IMG/VR virus record: IMGVR_UViG_3300026097_001055
Coordinates: 50,891-114,890 of that record
Origin: a virus
Direction: 5' to 3' (one strand)
DNA length: 64,000 nucleotides
Each line of letters opens with the position of its first letter. The first letter of the stretch is position 1. The translations under genes and the position numbers were made by a program. Shown in pieces: positions 41,517-51,858 of this stretch. The notes under the pieces were generated by a model, which was not told where the DNA came from, searched no databases, and saw only the letters and a program-made list of their open reading frames with translations.

Positions 41517-42703
41517 ATCCTCATTGTGAACTCTGGATCATATAAAAAACAGTTCTTATCATTACTCAAACCATAAGTACTGTTTAATATAATCTTGTAT
41601 ACGTAGTTTCTTATATCTTTTTTGCTGATCTTTTTTCTTTCATCAAAAAACCATTCATATAGTGTGCAAAATTCTTTATTAGGTAAATGAGCAGGAGACC
41701 ATCTGTTTCTAATAGCAAGATTAGGATAAAAACTAGTTACATCACTAGACATTATTATCATCTTATCATCAGATTTGTAGATACCTCTTTCATTAGCTCC
41801 ATGAATACCACCTAAACCAAAATCAGTTTTTGCACCTTTGTATCTCAATGAATACTTAAATCCATCTTTTGTTCTTTCAGGGTCAATGATGACCTCAGAA
41901 AACTTTCTTTTAAGTTTTTGAAACGTTGCTGTTTCAAAATTTAGATATTCTAAAAGAATGTTTTTTACAACAATTTCTTGTCTAAATGTTCTTAATTGTT
42001 TGAGCTCATACTTAGATGTTCCCAACTCTTTACTTAGAAAATGTAAGAATAACTCTTTAGAAATTTTGGGCTCAGATGCACTGTATAAATCAATATTATA
42101 CTCTTTACTTAATGTATTTCTTAAAGATATTTGTTTCTTACTAAGCTTCATTATAGCTTTAGTAGATTCAACATCATTTACACAATATGTAATAATCATA
42201 TCTATTTCTTCAATAGTATTGATGTCTTTACTGTGGGGAATAGGCATATCTAATATATTATGCCAATCCATAGAATATTGAATCCATTTTAACGAACTTC
42301 TCTTAGCAGGATTATCCCAATGGTTTAGTTTAAATACATCCACTTGTTTTATCTGAAGATCCCTAGGACTGTATTGTAACCATTCACCACTATCCTGTCT
42401 ACTTATTACATCTTGAGCTACTTTATAAATTTGATTAGCAGCTTCTTCACCACTCATAAAAGTTAATTCAGTAGCATTTCTAAGTATAAATTCAGTAATT
42501 TGAGAATCAAAACCTAAACCATTATAAGATACATGCCATTCACGCATTAACACGTTTTGTTGCAAAAAGGCTATCAATTCTTGCACATTATTGCGTAATT
42601 TGTGAATAACAAATATCTCTTTATGATCAGATCGGGCATCTATAAATACAGCTACAAAACAATTTTTTAATGTTTCATAATCATGTACCCAATCTCTTCT
42701 CAT
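41517..42703 (-). CDS. polB: Family B DNA polymerase, exon 1 (3'-5' exonuclease plus motifs A and B)
   Basis: HDYET (ExoI), YNGLGFD (ExoII), YCVND (ExoIII), SSDVTSFYPN (motif A), KIILNSTYG (motif B). Spliced product is 663 aa. Confidence 0.92.
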
Positions 42704-43089
42704 TACTTACTCTCTTCTTTTGGTAAATCTTCTAAGTATTCTTTCCAATCAAAAGATGGATTAATACATAAAGAACTAATTAAAAGCTCTACGTCTTCTA
42801 TATTCTCCACATAATATTCCATAAATACTTCTAATTGTCTACGCTCTTGCTTCATTTTACCAGCATTAGCTCCTTTAGATATTTGTACAGGAGCTCCTGC
42901 TTCATCTAATGTAGGTAGCATATGCAACGCTGTCTTAGTGTCCTTAGAAATTACTACTAGAACTTTAGAGCTCCTATCAAAGATACACTCAATAAAAGGT
43001 GCCTCTTTTGTTATAGGTATTAACCTAAAAGTTTTGTGATCACTCCAAGTGGTGTGAATAAGCATCATAGAATTTTCTGATGTTTTCAT
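42703..43089 (-). CDS. Hypothetical protein coupled to polB
   Basis: 128-aa ORF with TAATG overlap into polB. Confidence 0.7.
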   Translation of the reverse strand: MKTSENSMMLIHTTWSDHKTFRLIPITKEAPFIECIFDRSSKVLVVISKDTKTALHMLPTLDEAGAPVQISKGANAGKMKQERRQLEVFMEYYVENIEDVELLISSLCINPSFDWKEYLEDLPKEESK

Positions 43090-43115
43090 AATGTTTTGAT
43101 TTTTAATATTTGTAA

Positions 43116-43148
43116 CAAAGTTAATGTATTATTTTTTTCTTTTGCAAA
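43116..43148 (-). promoter_or_regulatory. Bacteroidota sigma70-type promoter (-33 TTTG, -7 TAACTTTG) ahead of the polB operon
   Basis: Minus strand TTTG (43148-43145), 21-nt spacer, TAACTTTG (43123-43116); matches the TTTG-N19-21-TAnnTTTG consensus. Confidence 0.7.
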
Positions 43149-43675
43149 ACATTTAACTGTATTGTTTCTTTTTCAATGTCAGGTTTATTACAGAGTTCAC
43201 CTACATCCATTAATAGTTCTTTATCTACACCTAATAACTTAGCATAGAGGCTAAAATATTTCCCAGGATACAGGTAACTTTCCATGTACACGTAATTACT
43301 ACTATACTTATCAAAAAAGTTTAAAATTTTGCGCTTTGTCTCACTATCCATTTTACTATAAGTACCGTTCATAAAATGGATAAAATCATGTTTATAATCA
43401 GAAAAGTCAAATATATATATTAGTTCATCAGTCATTTCTATTTTTTCAATCAGTCTGTTATGTTTCACTAACATATTTTTTTCAAAAAGAATAAATTCTT
43501 TTTCTTCTTTTTTTTTATAAAAACATATAAATTTTGTATCCTCAGAAGTATACTTACCTTCCCATTGCACATAAGTGTCAATAGGAACAGCAAGAGCACC
43601 TCTTCTTATCTCCAGGAGCGGATACAAAAACATCCTGGATTTTTGAAAATAATCTGTATAAAGCGCATCTATCAT
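43121..43675 (-). CDS. Hypothetical protein
   Basis: 184-aa ORF tightly packed in the operon. Confidence 0.7.
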   Translation of the reverse strand: MIDALYTDYFQKSRMFLYPLLEIRRGALAVPIDTYVQWEGKYTSEDTKFICFYKKKEEKEFILFEKNMLVKHNRLIEKIEMTDELIYIFDFSDYKHDFIHFMNGTYSKMDSETKRKILNFFDKYSSNYVYMESYLYPGKYFSLYAKLLGVDKELLMDVGELCNKPDIEKETIQLNVLQKKKIIH

Positions 43676-43684
43676 AATAAAAAT

Positions 43685-44695
43685 TTACAAGGTTAAACTA
43701 TAACTTGCAAGCTCATAAGGTAAACCATATTGTTTATTATCATAATGAAATCGTGCTGCTGTAAGTGCATTTGAAAGGTTGCGTAACCAATCTTTCATAG
43801 TACTTTGGCTAACTTGATAAGGATAAATTAAATTAAACGAATCAATTACTATAAAAGTAAACACAACTTTAAAATTGTTTAGTTCAGGAAACTGTTCTTT
43901 GACATAATGCCTAGCTAAAGTATAATAGATTGCAGCTTGCAAATCATATCTATAAAACTCTAAAGTATCCTTAAACTTTAATAATGGTTTACTTGTTGTC
44001 TTTAAATCATTTACAAAGATAGTTTTAGATTCTTTATCTATCACAATGTTATCCACTATACCTTTTAAACCAAAAGAGACACCCTGCATATCCATTTTAA
44101 GTTTTAGCTCATTATAAGTATTTGGACTATTCAGACACATCAAATTCATAACCTGTTCATCAGCTTTAAGGTATTCAATAGACTCTTCTGCTTTAATTTT
44201 AGTAGCTGAATCTATGATAGCCCGACTACCTTTAGCTTTTAAAAAATCAAAATAGTCTTTATTTTCTTGAGTAAGTACTTTCTTTAATCTTTGTTCATCA
44301 GTTTTTAAAGACTGATGAAGATTTATAGAAACTAAGATACTAAGAATTTCTTGACTAAAATCAGATAAGTTTAAAGTTTCATCATCTTGTTCAGAATAAA
44401 CTTGAAAAGTTTTAAGTACTATATCTAAGTTATTACCTTTAGGTAATTTACTAGGAGACATTATAAACTTTTCATCGTATTTTTCAGGTTCTAGTAAAAG
44501 GCAGTGTAATAAACTACCTTCTACTAAGTGTGCATCTGTTTTCTCTTCTCTATCATCTAAGATATAATGCTTATAAAAAGCTTTAGGTGAAAACAAAAGT
44601 TTATTTAATCCAGAATAACTAAAATAAAATTTTTTATCATAAAAATCTCTCATTTCCTGAGAATTAGAGTCTATTACTTCAATCATTACTTTCAA
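43685..44695 (-). CDS. PD-(D/E)XK exonuclease (RecE/ExoVIII-like)
   Basis: FSYSGL, GSLLHCLLLEP, KGIVDNI...DLKTT and YDLQAAIY motifs. Confidence 0.85.
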   Translation of the reverse strand: MKVMIEVIDSNSQEMRDFYDKKFYFSYSGLNKLLFSPKAFYKHYILDDREEKTDAHLVEGSLLHCLLLEPEKYDEKFIMSPSKLPKGNNLDIVLKTFQVYSEQDDETLNLSDFSQEILSILVSINLHQSLKTDEQRLKKVLTQENKDYFDFLKAKGSRAIIDSATKIKAEESIEYLKADEQVMNLMCLNSPNTYNELKLKMDMQGVSFGLKGIVDNIVIDKESKTIFVNDLKTTSKPLLKFKDTLEFYRYDLQAAIYYTLARHYVKEQFPELNNFKVVFTFIVIDSFNLIYPYQVSQSTMKDWLRNLSNALTAARFHYDNKQYGLPYELASYSLTL

Positions 44696-45680
44696 TATTT
44701 ATAATGTATACATCTCCATAAGCTTTTATAAAATCAGGACTATCCATTACTAAAACTTTAGGTCTAATAATATCACGATTATCGTTTCTATATATACTAG
44801 TTGTTGTTTCAGGTTTAATAATATTTTCTGCTAATATGTCCATGTTTTCTTTTGTAAGTACTTTTTTATTAGCCAATTCATTAATTATTTTATTAAAGGG
44901 CATATTTATATATCTTGGAAGCATATCAAAATAATTTAATAAACCTTTAAAGTTTACATGATTTTTCTTAGGAGATTGTTCAAATATATATCTATATTTA
45001 TAAAATAAAATAAGTAAATAAGCTGCACTTTTATTATAGGCACTATTAGCCATTAATTCCATAGCTAAAACTAAATTATCTTCATCACTACTATTAATCA
45101 TTCCTTCTAATTGTTTATAAAAATCATAATCAATTATAACTCCGTCTTCTTGTACATTTTCTATTAATTTATCAAAATAACATAAAGTTTTATCAATAAT
45201 ATTCTCAAATTCTTCTGTATTATTTATAATAAAAACTTTATGCATATTAGATTCTAAATCACCCTTATAATAATTTTTAATATACTGTAAAGTTGACCAA
45301 TCAGTGCTTACTGATTTATAAGGATAGTTTTCTAAAAAAGAGATATCTTCAAATAAATTTTTAATGGTTTTAAGATCATCAACATTTATAAAGTACAAAT
45401 ATTTATCTTCCGTGTAATTATTTATTAAACTTTCAGGAGAGCTTATAACAATGTCAGATTTTTCTATTTTTGTAGTTAAACCTATATTTTCATTTTTTAC
45501 ATACTCTCTTAATTTTATTCTAGGTAAGTTGATTCCTTTTGTTATAAATATTTTTTCATTTTGTTTGGGTTTAAAATCTTTAAAATTTTTTTCTAATTTA
45601 GAAAATTCCAGAAAAGAATTAGATTCAACAGAAATGTTCATATCATCTCTAGTTAAATGAATTACATTTTTTTTTATCAT
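44679..45680 (-). CDS. Hypothetical protein with BRCT-like N-terminal segment and an M-x-x-S-x-D-x-x-N helix motif
   Basis: IFITKGINLPRIKLREY...TTKIEKSDIVI resembles BRCT; LEGMINSSDEDNLVLAMELMAN. Confidence 0.55.
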   Translation of the reverse strand: MIKKNVIHLTRDDMNISVESNSFLEFSKLEKNFKDFKPKQNEKIFITKGINLPRIKLREYVKNENIGLTTKIEKSDIVISSPESLINNYTEDKYLYFINVDDLKTIKNLFEDISFLENYPYKSVSTDWSTLQYIKNYYKGDLESNMHKVFIINNTEEFENIIDKTLCYFDKLIENVQEDGVIIDYDFYKQLEGMINSSDEDNLVLAMELMANSAYNKSAAYLLILFYKYRYIFEQSPKKNHVNFKGLLNYFDMLPRYINMPFNKIINELANKKVLTKENMDILAENIIKPETTTSIYRNDNRDIIRPKVLVMDSPDFIKAYGDVYIINIESND

Positions 45681-45697
45681 AATAATTTTAATTATTT

Positions 45698-45729
45698 ACA
45701 AAAAGGAGAGTTTTATCTCTCCTTTTTGT
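45698..45729. terminator. Intrinsic terminator (symmetric)
   Basis: Perfect 13-bp stem ACAAAAAGGAGAG-TTTTAT-CTCTCCTTTTTGT. Confidence 0.8.
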
Positions 45730-45760
45730 TTATTTAATGGTATTATTACAGGGAACAGAA

Positions 45761-46933
45761 TTATCTCATAGCCATCTTAGCTACATCAACATTATTCAAT
45801 AACTTACTAAATTTAAGTTTGTTTCCTGCTATTAATTCTTTAATAATGTAATACTTTAAATCATCATTAAAAGCTTCACAATTTGTAACAAGTTTAGTAA
45901 TTCTTGTAATTATATCATTACTTATAGAACCTTTGTCCGCAAGATTAAGAGCATAATTAACTATACGAGTAGCTATTACACTACTAATATCAGCTCTGTA
46001 AGTACCTGCTACATTAACACAGCTATTAAGTTCTCCTATTACATAAGATTCACTAGTATTAGTAAGTATTTCTTTTGGAGAAATAATCTTATCAAGTTTG
46101 TTGTTAATAAATGAAGTAAACATAGTAGAACCTTCTGGCCCAATTGCGCCTTCACCTAACATTTGTATCAATGCAAGTTCTTTTTCAAAGTCTTTAACTG
46201 TTTTGATAGAATTAAAAAATGTAATATAAGCTCTAGAGTTATAACGTTCAGTTACTAATTCTGGATTCATCAATAGGAAGTTAACACAACGAGTATCTAC
46301 TTCATCTTTTTCAGCCCATCTGGCCCATACATCAATATCAAATTTCATGTATAAATTCATAAATCTAGACTGCTGAGCTGTATCTAATGTAGTAACATTA
46401 TATTGCCCATTGTCAGGATTTGAACTGAGAATAATGGTAGAACCTTTAGGAAGCTTCCAAGAAACAAACTCTTGTCTATCACACAATTCCATTATAGCTT
46501 GCATAAACATATGATTAGCTCTACTGAAATCATCTAACAATAATACAACTGGTTTATTTTTATTAGCAATCCATTGAGGTTGAGCATAACCCATTCTATG
46601 CTTACCAGTAGGAGCCCATTTAGCTTTTGCGTATAAGGGTAACATATTTTCAGAAACATATTTTTCATTACCTTCTTTAGTTACACTAAATTCTTTTACT
46701 GGAAAGCCTGCAAGCTCACCAACTTCTTCTAACTCTGATAAGTTTAACTTAACAAAATCCATATCTAATTCAGCAGCTAATTCCATTATAGCTGAAGTTT
46801 TACCAATTCCGGACTCACCTTCAACATTTACTGCTATAGGTTTTTTACCTTCTTGTTGTATCTCTATGTTATTTTTTATAAGATGTGTTAATACATCCTT
46901 AAGCTCTTCAGCATTTAATTCAATTTGTTTCAT
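45761..46933 (-). CDS. MoxR-like AAA+ ATPase
   Basis: Walker A GESGIGKT, Walker B LLLDDFSR, SSNP sensor 1, LDTAQQSRF arginine finger. Confidence 0.88.
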   Translation of the reverse strand: MKQIELNAEELKDVLTHLIKNNIEIQQEGKKPIAVNVEGESGIGKTSAIMELAAELDMDFVKLNLSELEEVGELAGFPVKEFSVTKEGNEKYVSENMLPLYAKAKWAPTGKHRMGYAQPQWIANKNKPVVLLLDDFSRANHMFMQAIMELCDRQEFVSWKLPKGSTIILSSNPDNGQYNVTTLDTAQQSRFMNLYMKFDIDVWARWAEKDEVDTRCVNFLLMNPELVTERYNSRAYITFFNSIKTVKDFEKELALIQMLGEGAIGPEGSTMFTSFINNKLDKIISPKEILTNTSESYVIGELNSCVNVAGTYRADISSVIATRIVNYALNLADKGSISNDIITRITKLVTNCEAFNDDLKYYIIKELIAGNKLKFSKLLNNVDVAKMAMR

Positions 46934-46934
46934 T

Positions 46935-48137
46935 TTATAAATCTAGTTTTATAACCTTTCCAGGTAAATCATTATTAATTCTTGAACGTTCAGATAACAC
47001 CCATAAAACAGGGTTTCTAGGTTTTACAGAATAGCTACATTCACCATCTGTGAAATAGATAAGACTATTAAATCTTTGCCTTTGTTCATTAAAGTATTCT
47101 AATACTGGATCAAACATTGTACCGCCACGTCCATGAACAGCTATTTTAAAATCACCTTTGTATTCTTCAATACTTCTAATTTGAGTATCACATTGAATAA
47201 TTGTTACATCTACACCTGTTTTATAGATATGATGTATTTCATTCATAAACTCTCCCAATTCATTATCAGATACGGAGCCTGATGTATCTATAGCAAGTAA
47301 AAGATTTTGTTTACGTTTAACTTTAATACCTGCGGCATCTTCAAACTTAATATTTTCTTTTCTTCTTGTTTTCTTTACATACACTTTGCTACTAGTACCT
47401 ATAAATCTTCTAATGTAACCTTTCCAATCAAATTTAGGAGGTTCTATATTAGCAAGCTCTATTAAATAGTCTTTAATATGACCAGGTACAGTACCTCTTT
47501 TCTTTGTAGTTAAATCTGCAGATTGTTTAATGATTCTATCTAACTGTGATTTCATTACTCTTTCTTCAGCTTCTCCTACATCCTCAAACTCTTCCCATGT
47601 GCTATGATCAGGCAATTGATTACCAGAATCACCTTGTGCTTGACCTTTCATTTGTTCACTAATATCATCAAATGCAGGACATCCTGATGAACCTGTTTGC
47701 TGTTTCTTTTGCTCAGCCTTCATAAGTTCATCATAGTAATACTTAGTTCCTGCATTTGGTTGCAAGTTTAACTCCGGATAAGTAGAAGGTAATTGTGCAC
47801 CGTCAGGTAAATACTGACTATTAATCATTTGATTAATTTCAATATCCATAGCAATGTTAGCAATTAATCTATTCTGAAACTTAAACCATTGACCTAAATG
47901 AAAGAAAGATATGTGCATGCATTCATGTTGTATAAGACCTTGCCTGTGATCAGGACTAAGACTTATAAAAAACTCTTCATTTATAGCTAATTGGTAATTT
48001 AATCCCTGCTTACTAACACCTGCTGTAGGCAAATCTTTTCTCCACACTTTATTTAGCATAATTAAAAAGAATCCCCAAAAAGGTTCTCTAAGCATAAGAT
48101 CTTTACAAGCTTTAGCTAAAACTGTGTCTTTATTCAT
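46935..48137 (-). CDS. Metallopeptidase-like plus vWA domain protein (DUF2201-like)
   Basis: HECMH zinc motif, NIAMDIEIN, MIDAS DTSGS, GRGGT, YFTDG. Confidence 0.88.
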   Translation of the reverse strand: MNKDTVLAKACKDLMLREPFWGFFLIMLNKVWRKDLPTAGVSKQGLNYQLAINEEFFISLSPDHRQGLIQHECMHISFFHLGQWFKFQNRLIANIAMDIEINQMINSQYLPDGAQLPSTYPELNLQPNAGTKYYYDELMKAEQKKQQTGSSGCPAFDDISEQMKGQAQGDSGNQLPDHSTWEEFEDVGEAEERVMKSQLDRIIKQSADLTTKKRGTVPGHIKDYLIELANIEPPKFDWKGYIRRFIGTSSKVYVKKTRRKENIKFEDAAGIKVKRKQNLLLAIDTSGSVSDNELGEFMNEIHHIYKTGVDVTIIQCDTQIRSIEEYKGDFKIAVHGRGGTMFDPVLEYFNEQRQRFNSLIYFTDGECSYSVKPRNPVLWVLSERSRINNDLPGKVIKLDL

Positions 48138-48537
48138 AATTTTTTAATTTAAAATGTATATCAAAATCTTTTATAGTAAAAGAGTAACCCGTAGTAATCA
48201 AAAGATCTTTAAGATATTTCTCCAAAAAATATTCATATAACTTAAAACTATTTTTAGAACATTTATATTTTTTTAAAAACATTAAAAGAGAAGCGTAATC
48301 TATAAAATACTGAGGATATTCATTAAACTCCTCAAATTTTTCTTCAAAAAAACTATAGAGTTTTTTAAACTTATGTTTTTTTAACTTAGATTCTTTATAT
48401 ATTATAAGTAATTCACCTAAGTTCTTTTCAAAATCTAATTTATTTAATATTTCAAAAACTACTTCATGATTACTGTTATCTTCTGAAGACAACATTTTAA
48501 TAAGGTTTTTCACCTCTTCAATTTTTAATTTCATCAT
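48130..48537 (-). CDS. Hypothetical protein with M-x-x-S-x-D-x-x-N-like motif
   Basis: 135 aa; NLIKMLSSEDNSNHEVVFEIL. Confidence 0.65.
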   Translation of the reverse strand: MMKLKIEEVKNLIKMLSSEDNSNHEVVFEILNKLDFEKNLGELLIIYKESKLKKHKFKKLYSFFEEKFEEFNEYPQYFIDYASLLMFLKKYKCSKNSFKLYEYFLEKYLKDLLITTGYSFTIKDFDIHFKLKNYE

Positions 48538-48734
48538 TCCTTTATTTTAAAAGTTTTAATCATTAATTCTTTGTTAGTTTTAAATAATTCTACAGCTTTT
48601 AAAAATCCAGATTCATAAGCTTCTTTTACTTCTTCATATCTCTCAAATTTAGAAATATGATCACCCTTTTCCATTATATATTTTGAAGTAGCATATTCAT
48701 CTGCTAATCCCCAATAATTAATATAATCTTCCAT
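48534..48734 (-). CDS. Small hypothetical protein
   Basis: 66 aa with overlapping start/stop on both sides; LADEYA...AYESGF. Confidence 0.6.
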   Translation of the reverse strand: MEDYINYWGLADEYATSKYIMEKGDHISKFERYEEVKEAYESGFLKAVELFKTNKELMIKTFKIKE

Positions 48735-49081
48735 TAATCTTCTATTTTTAAAGTTTTAATTGCCCATAACTGAGGCTTACCACTTGCAATCATATCAACC
48801 CATTCTTTAGCAGTAGGTATGTAACCATTGCAATCTTCTTTTACATGTTGTTCACCAACATATCTTGTATATACTCTTTTACCATCAGAATTTTTAAAAT
48901 GTTTTCCAAATATTTTCTCGCATTCAAATATACCTTCTGAGTGATGTCTAAACATCCTGTGTTTGCTATGGGCTATCCAGGCTTTAGTTTCATCGAACCA
49001 CTCCTCAATTGCTATGTAATCTTCCCATTTTCCTCCCCATCTTCTTGCGGCAGATTTAGCATGTTCTATTGGGTGCGCCAT
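48734..49081 (-). CDS. DUF6915-like phage protein
   Basis: MAHPIEHAKSAARRWGG...HRMFRHHSEG...EQHVKEDC His-rich signature. Confidence 0.7.
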   Translation of the reverse strand: MAHPIEHAKSAARRWGGKWEDYIAIEEWFDETKAWIAHSKHRMFRHHSEGIFECEKIFGKHFKNSDGKRVYTRYVGEQHVKEDCNGYIPTAKEWVDMIASGKPQLWAIKTLKIED

Positions 49082-49087
49082 ATTTAT

Positions 49088-49516
49088 TTAATTTTTAAGT
49101 TTATTAAAAATTTTATCTTCATGAGTGTAACAATCTGTTTCTATTCTTCTAACATTATTTTCAATTTCATATTCACCTGAAGGTACTAACATGTTAACTG
49201 TACCAAAACCTCCATCATTATTCCACCAATCTTCAATATCATTTAATAAAAGTTCAGTAACTAATTCATCTATATCTGATTGTAAATGTAATATTATCTC
49301 TGAATGGACACTTGGCATAATATAATTTAAAGTATATGAATTGTCCCAAGGATCATCAATTACCTCACTTAATTCATAAGGTTCATTTACATTTTCTTGA
49401 GTAAAAGCTATTCTTTCTATACATCCATCATCACCACCACCTTCATATAAAATTTGAATACCTGTTATACCATATTCGTGTAATTTAAACATCAAACTTG
49501 TTAATTTTTTTTCCAT
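49088..49516 (-). CDS. DUF6878-like phage protein
   Basis: YEGGGDDG...DWWNNDGGFG motifs; likely ATG start at 49516. Confidence 0.65.
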   Translation of the reverse strand: MEKKLTSLMFKLHEYGITGIQILYEGGGDDGCIERIAFTQENVNEPYELSEVIDDPWDNSYTLNYIMPSVHSEIILHLQSDIDELVTELLLNDIEDWWNNDGGFGTVNMLVPSGEYEIENNVRRIETDCYTHEDKIFNKLKN

Positions 49517-49520
49517 AATT

Positions 49521-50009
49521 TTATAAATTTTTACGTTTAGCATATTCAGCTATAAGTATTGCATCTACTAATCCGTCATGTGGTTTTTTTGCTCTTTCTG
49601 TAAATGTTAAGTCTATTGCTGGATAAATTCTTTGACATGCTACAAGAGCCATACCTTTAGTATCTCTTTTACCTGACTTCTTAAGCTCAGGAACACCTTG
49701 AAACATTTCTTTTTGCCATGCTTTAGCCTTTACTTTATGATAAGGAGTTTTAAGGGCTACACATAAAGCTTCAAGTAGACCTACTTGATAACCCATAGAA
49801 AAAGCTGTAGCTTTACTACTTCCAAATATAACACCTAAGTCTTCAAATACTATTGCAGCATTAGGTTTATTAAGTATTTGCAATAAAGAAGGAATATCTA
49901 TAATTTTACCAATTACAGGCATTTTAGCTTTTTCTATTAAACCATCTGGATACATAATGGCTATACCACCATTAAGACCTATGTCTACACCTATATATGT
50001 TTTATTCAT
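49521..50009 (-). CDS. RuvC-like Holliday junction resolvase
   Basis: IGVDIG, VFED, WQK and HDGLVDAILIA motifs. Confidence 0.85.
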   Translation of the reverse strand: MNKTYIGVDIGLNGGIAIMYPDGLIEKAKMPVIGKIIDIPSLLQILNKPNAAIVFEDLGVIFGSSKATAFSMGYQVGLLEALCVALKTPYHKVKAKAWQKEMFQGVPELKKSGKRDTKGMALVACQRIYPAIDLTFTERAKKPHDGLVDAILIAEYAKRKNL

Positions 50010-50051
50010 TTGTGTTTCTTTGTTGAGTTATTAGTAAATGTTTTCATATTG

Positions 50052-50606
50052 TTATCCTTTTAAATTTTCTAAATAATCTGCTAACATTGTGCAAGATTTA
50101 TAATCTTTATCAAAGTCAGGTTCTATTTTTCTTATTTCTTCTAACAAATCTTTTTTATATCCTTTCTCATAAAATCTATGTTCAATGTCAAATACTAAAT
50201 CACTTATCTGTTGATCGGCACTTACAGAGATTCTTAAATCATACCATTCCCATTTTGTTTTATAATCCCAAATTTTTATACCTTTGGTAAGTTTAGTTTT
50301 TAATCTACTTAAACGATAATTACGCATCCTAACAATGCTATTATCATTACCAAACAAATGCAAAAATCTTAGAAACCATCTAGGACACCATTTCGGTTTG
50401 GCTTTATGGTCCATAAAGATAACTAATGGTTCTATGGCTTTAAATATATCTTCATCTTCATCCCACGGAACTGAACCTAAATATTTATACTTTTCATTAA
50501 ATGTTTTTGGGAAGAACACTGCTCGTATATGATCCAATGTGATATCCATTGTACGAACTGGACTTGTTTTTGATTTTTTACCTTTAAATATTTTCATACT
50601 TTCCAT
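50052..50606 (-). CDS. Hypothetical protein
   Basis: 184-aa ORF with PKWCPRWFLRFLHLFG; packed in the operon. Confidence 0.65.
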   Translation of the reverse strand: MESMKIFKGKKSKTSPVRTMDITLDHIRAVFFPKTFNEKYKYLGSVPWDEDEDIFKAIEPLVIFMDHKAKPKWCPRWFLRFLHLFGNDNSIVRMRNYRLSRLKTKLTKGIKIWDYKTKWEWYDLRISVSADQQISDLVFDIEHRFYEKGYKKDLLEEIRKIEPDFDKDYKSCTMLADYLENLKG

Positions 50607-50866
50607 TTTGCATAGCTATTATGGTTTCCACATTGATCACAGGTATAAAAATCATCTTCTACTACTTCTGCTTGTAAATAGTCTAAGCATGTTTTAAATA
50701 TCTCTTTTAAAAGATGTGAAGAATTTATGCCTTTTTCTAACATTTCTAATATAAATTCTTTTTGATCCTCTTTAGATATATCTTCATAGTCTACACCATT
50801 TACTGTAAGAGTTTCACCAAAGCAATGTTCTCCTGTTTCAAATTCTTTTATTTCATTTATTTTCAT
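50594..50866 (-). CDS. Hypothetical protein with CxxC
   Basis: 90 aa; GEHCFG and CDQCG. Confidence 0.65.
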   Translation of the reverse strand: MKINEIKEFETGEHCFGETLTVNGVDYEDISKEDQKEFILEMLEKGINSSHLLKEIFKTCLDYLQAEVVEDDFYTCDQCGNHNSYAKWKV

Positions 50867-51203
50867 TTTCTATATCTTTAAAATTATAATCATGTGGTAA
50901 CTCTTCTATTAAATAACCTTTTTTGTATGCTCGGTCTATTATATCTTGTAATACCATTCCTGCATATCCGGTAGAATGACCGTAATATCTTTTATCACAA
51001 TGATATTCTGAACCTGAATAGCCATGGAATATATAGTGAGTATCTGTTTCTGTAACTGACTTTATTCCTGAGTTCATTTTCCAAGAATCTCCATCTAAGT
51101 ATCCTCCTTTCCAGGAAGCAAATACTTTATATACTGGTGTAGTTTTATCTAAGCTTAAGTCCGTTATTTTAACAATGACCCAACCATGTGGAGTTTCTTT
51201 CAT
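50853..51203 (-). CDS. Conserved-looking phage hypothetical protein
   Basis: YKVFASWKGGYLDGDSWKMNSGI...GYSGSEYHC. Confidence 0.7.
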   Translation of the reverse strand: MKETPHGWVIVKITDLSLDKTTPVYKVFASWKGGYLDGDSWKMNSGIKSVTETDTHYIFHGYSGSEYHCDKRYYGHSTGYAGMVLQDIIDRAYKKGYLIEELPHDYNFKDIENENK

Positions 51204-51215
51204 TATATTTGTTTT

Positions 51216-51821
51216 TTAATCTTTAAACAAATCTTCTTTAGATGTTTTTTTATTAAAATAATTTTTAGCATCATCTAAAGATAAAGATTTTAAAAAATTA
51301 TCTATTTCTTCTTCTGAATTAAAGGCTAAAAGAAAACCATCAGCATCAATATATTCATTAGAACTTGATTCAAGTTTATACTTATTCTGAAATATCAACA
51401 TATATTCCCCGTTTAAAATCTTAAACCTTGCTTTTAGGTTAACTGAAAAATCAAAATTCCAACTTCCATAGTGAAAAGCACATTCAATATTCATTTTATC
51501 TATCTCAATTTCTTTATCTAAATCAGAAACATCATTTTCTTCTGCTGTTTTTTTCCACTTTGCATATGTTAGCTTTGCGTCATTTATCACAGACTTAAAT
51601 TTATCAAGACTTTTTTCTCTAACTATTAAAGAAACTTCACTTCTATCTCTTGATGGAACCTCAATATAAAAATCTATCCCTTCTTCTGATTCAGAAACAC
51701 TTATACTATTAGTAGGTTCTTTAAAGTAAGATAGATCATAAGAGTTAATCTTTTCTTGTCCAACACTCATTGTTGTTATTGAAGTAAACAACATAACTAC
51801 CATTAATTTTAAACTTTTCAT
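51216..51821 (-). CDS. Putative secreted/periplasmic protein (Sec signal peptide)
   Basis: MKSLKLMVVMLFTSITTMSVG|QEK signal peptide with Gln at +1. Confidence 0.65.
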   Translation of the reverse strand: MKSLKLMVVMLFTSITTMSVGQEKINSYDLSYFKEPTNSISVSESEEGIDFYIEVPSRDRSEVSLIVREKSLDKFKSVINDAKLTYAKWKKTAEENDVSDLDKEIEIDKMNIECAFHYGSWNFDFSVNLKARFKILNGEYMLIFQNKYKLESSSNEYIDADGFLLAFNSEEEIDNFLKSLSLDDAKNYFNKKTSKEDLFKD

Positions 51822-51858
51822 ATTTTATTTTTTTTAATAATTTAATTTGCCTACTCTA

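Noticed and set aside
39606-42703. polB as two separate genes, or an intein-split gene
   Set aside because: Stop codons interrupt the frame, there are no intein motifs, and a full group I core with an exact in-frame junction explains the split.
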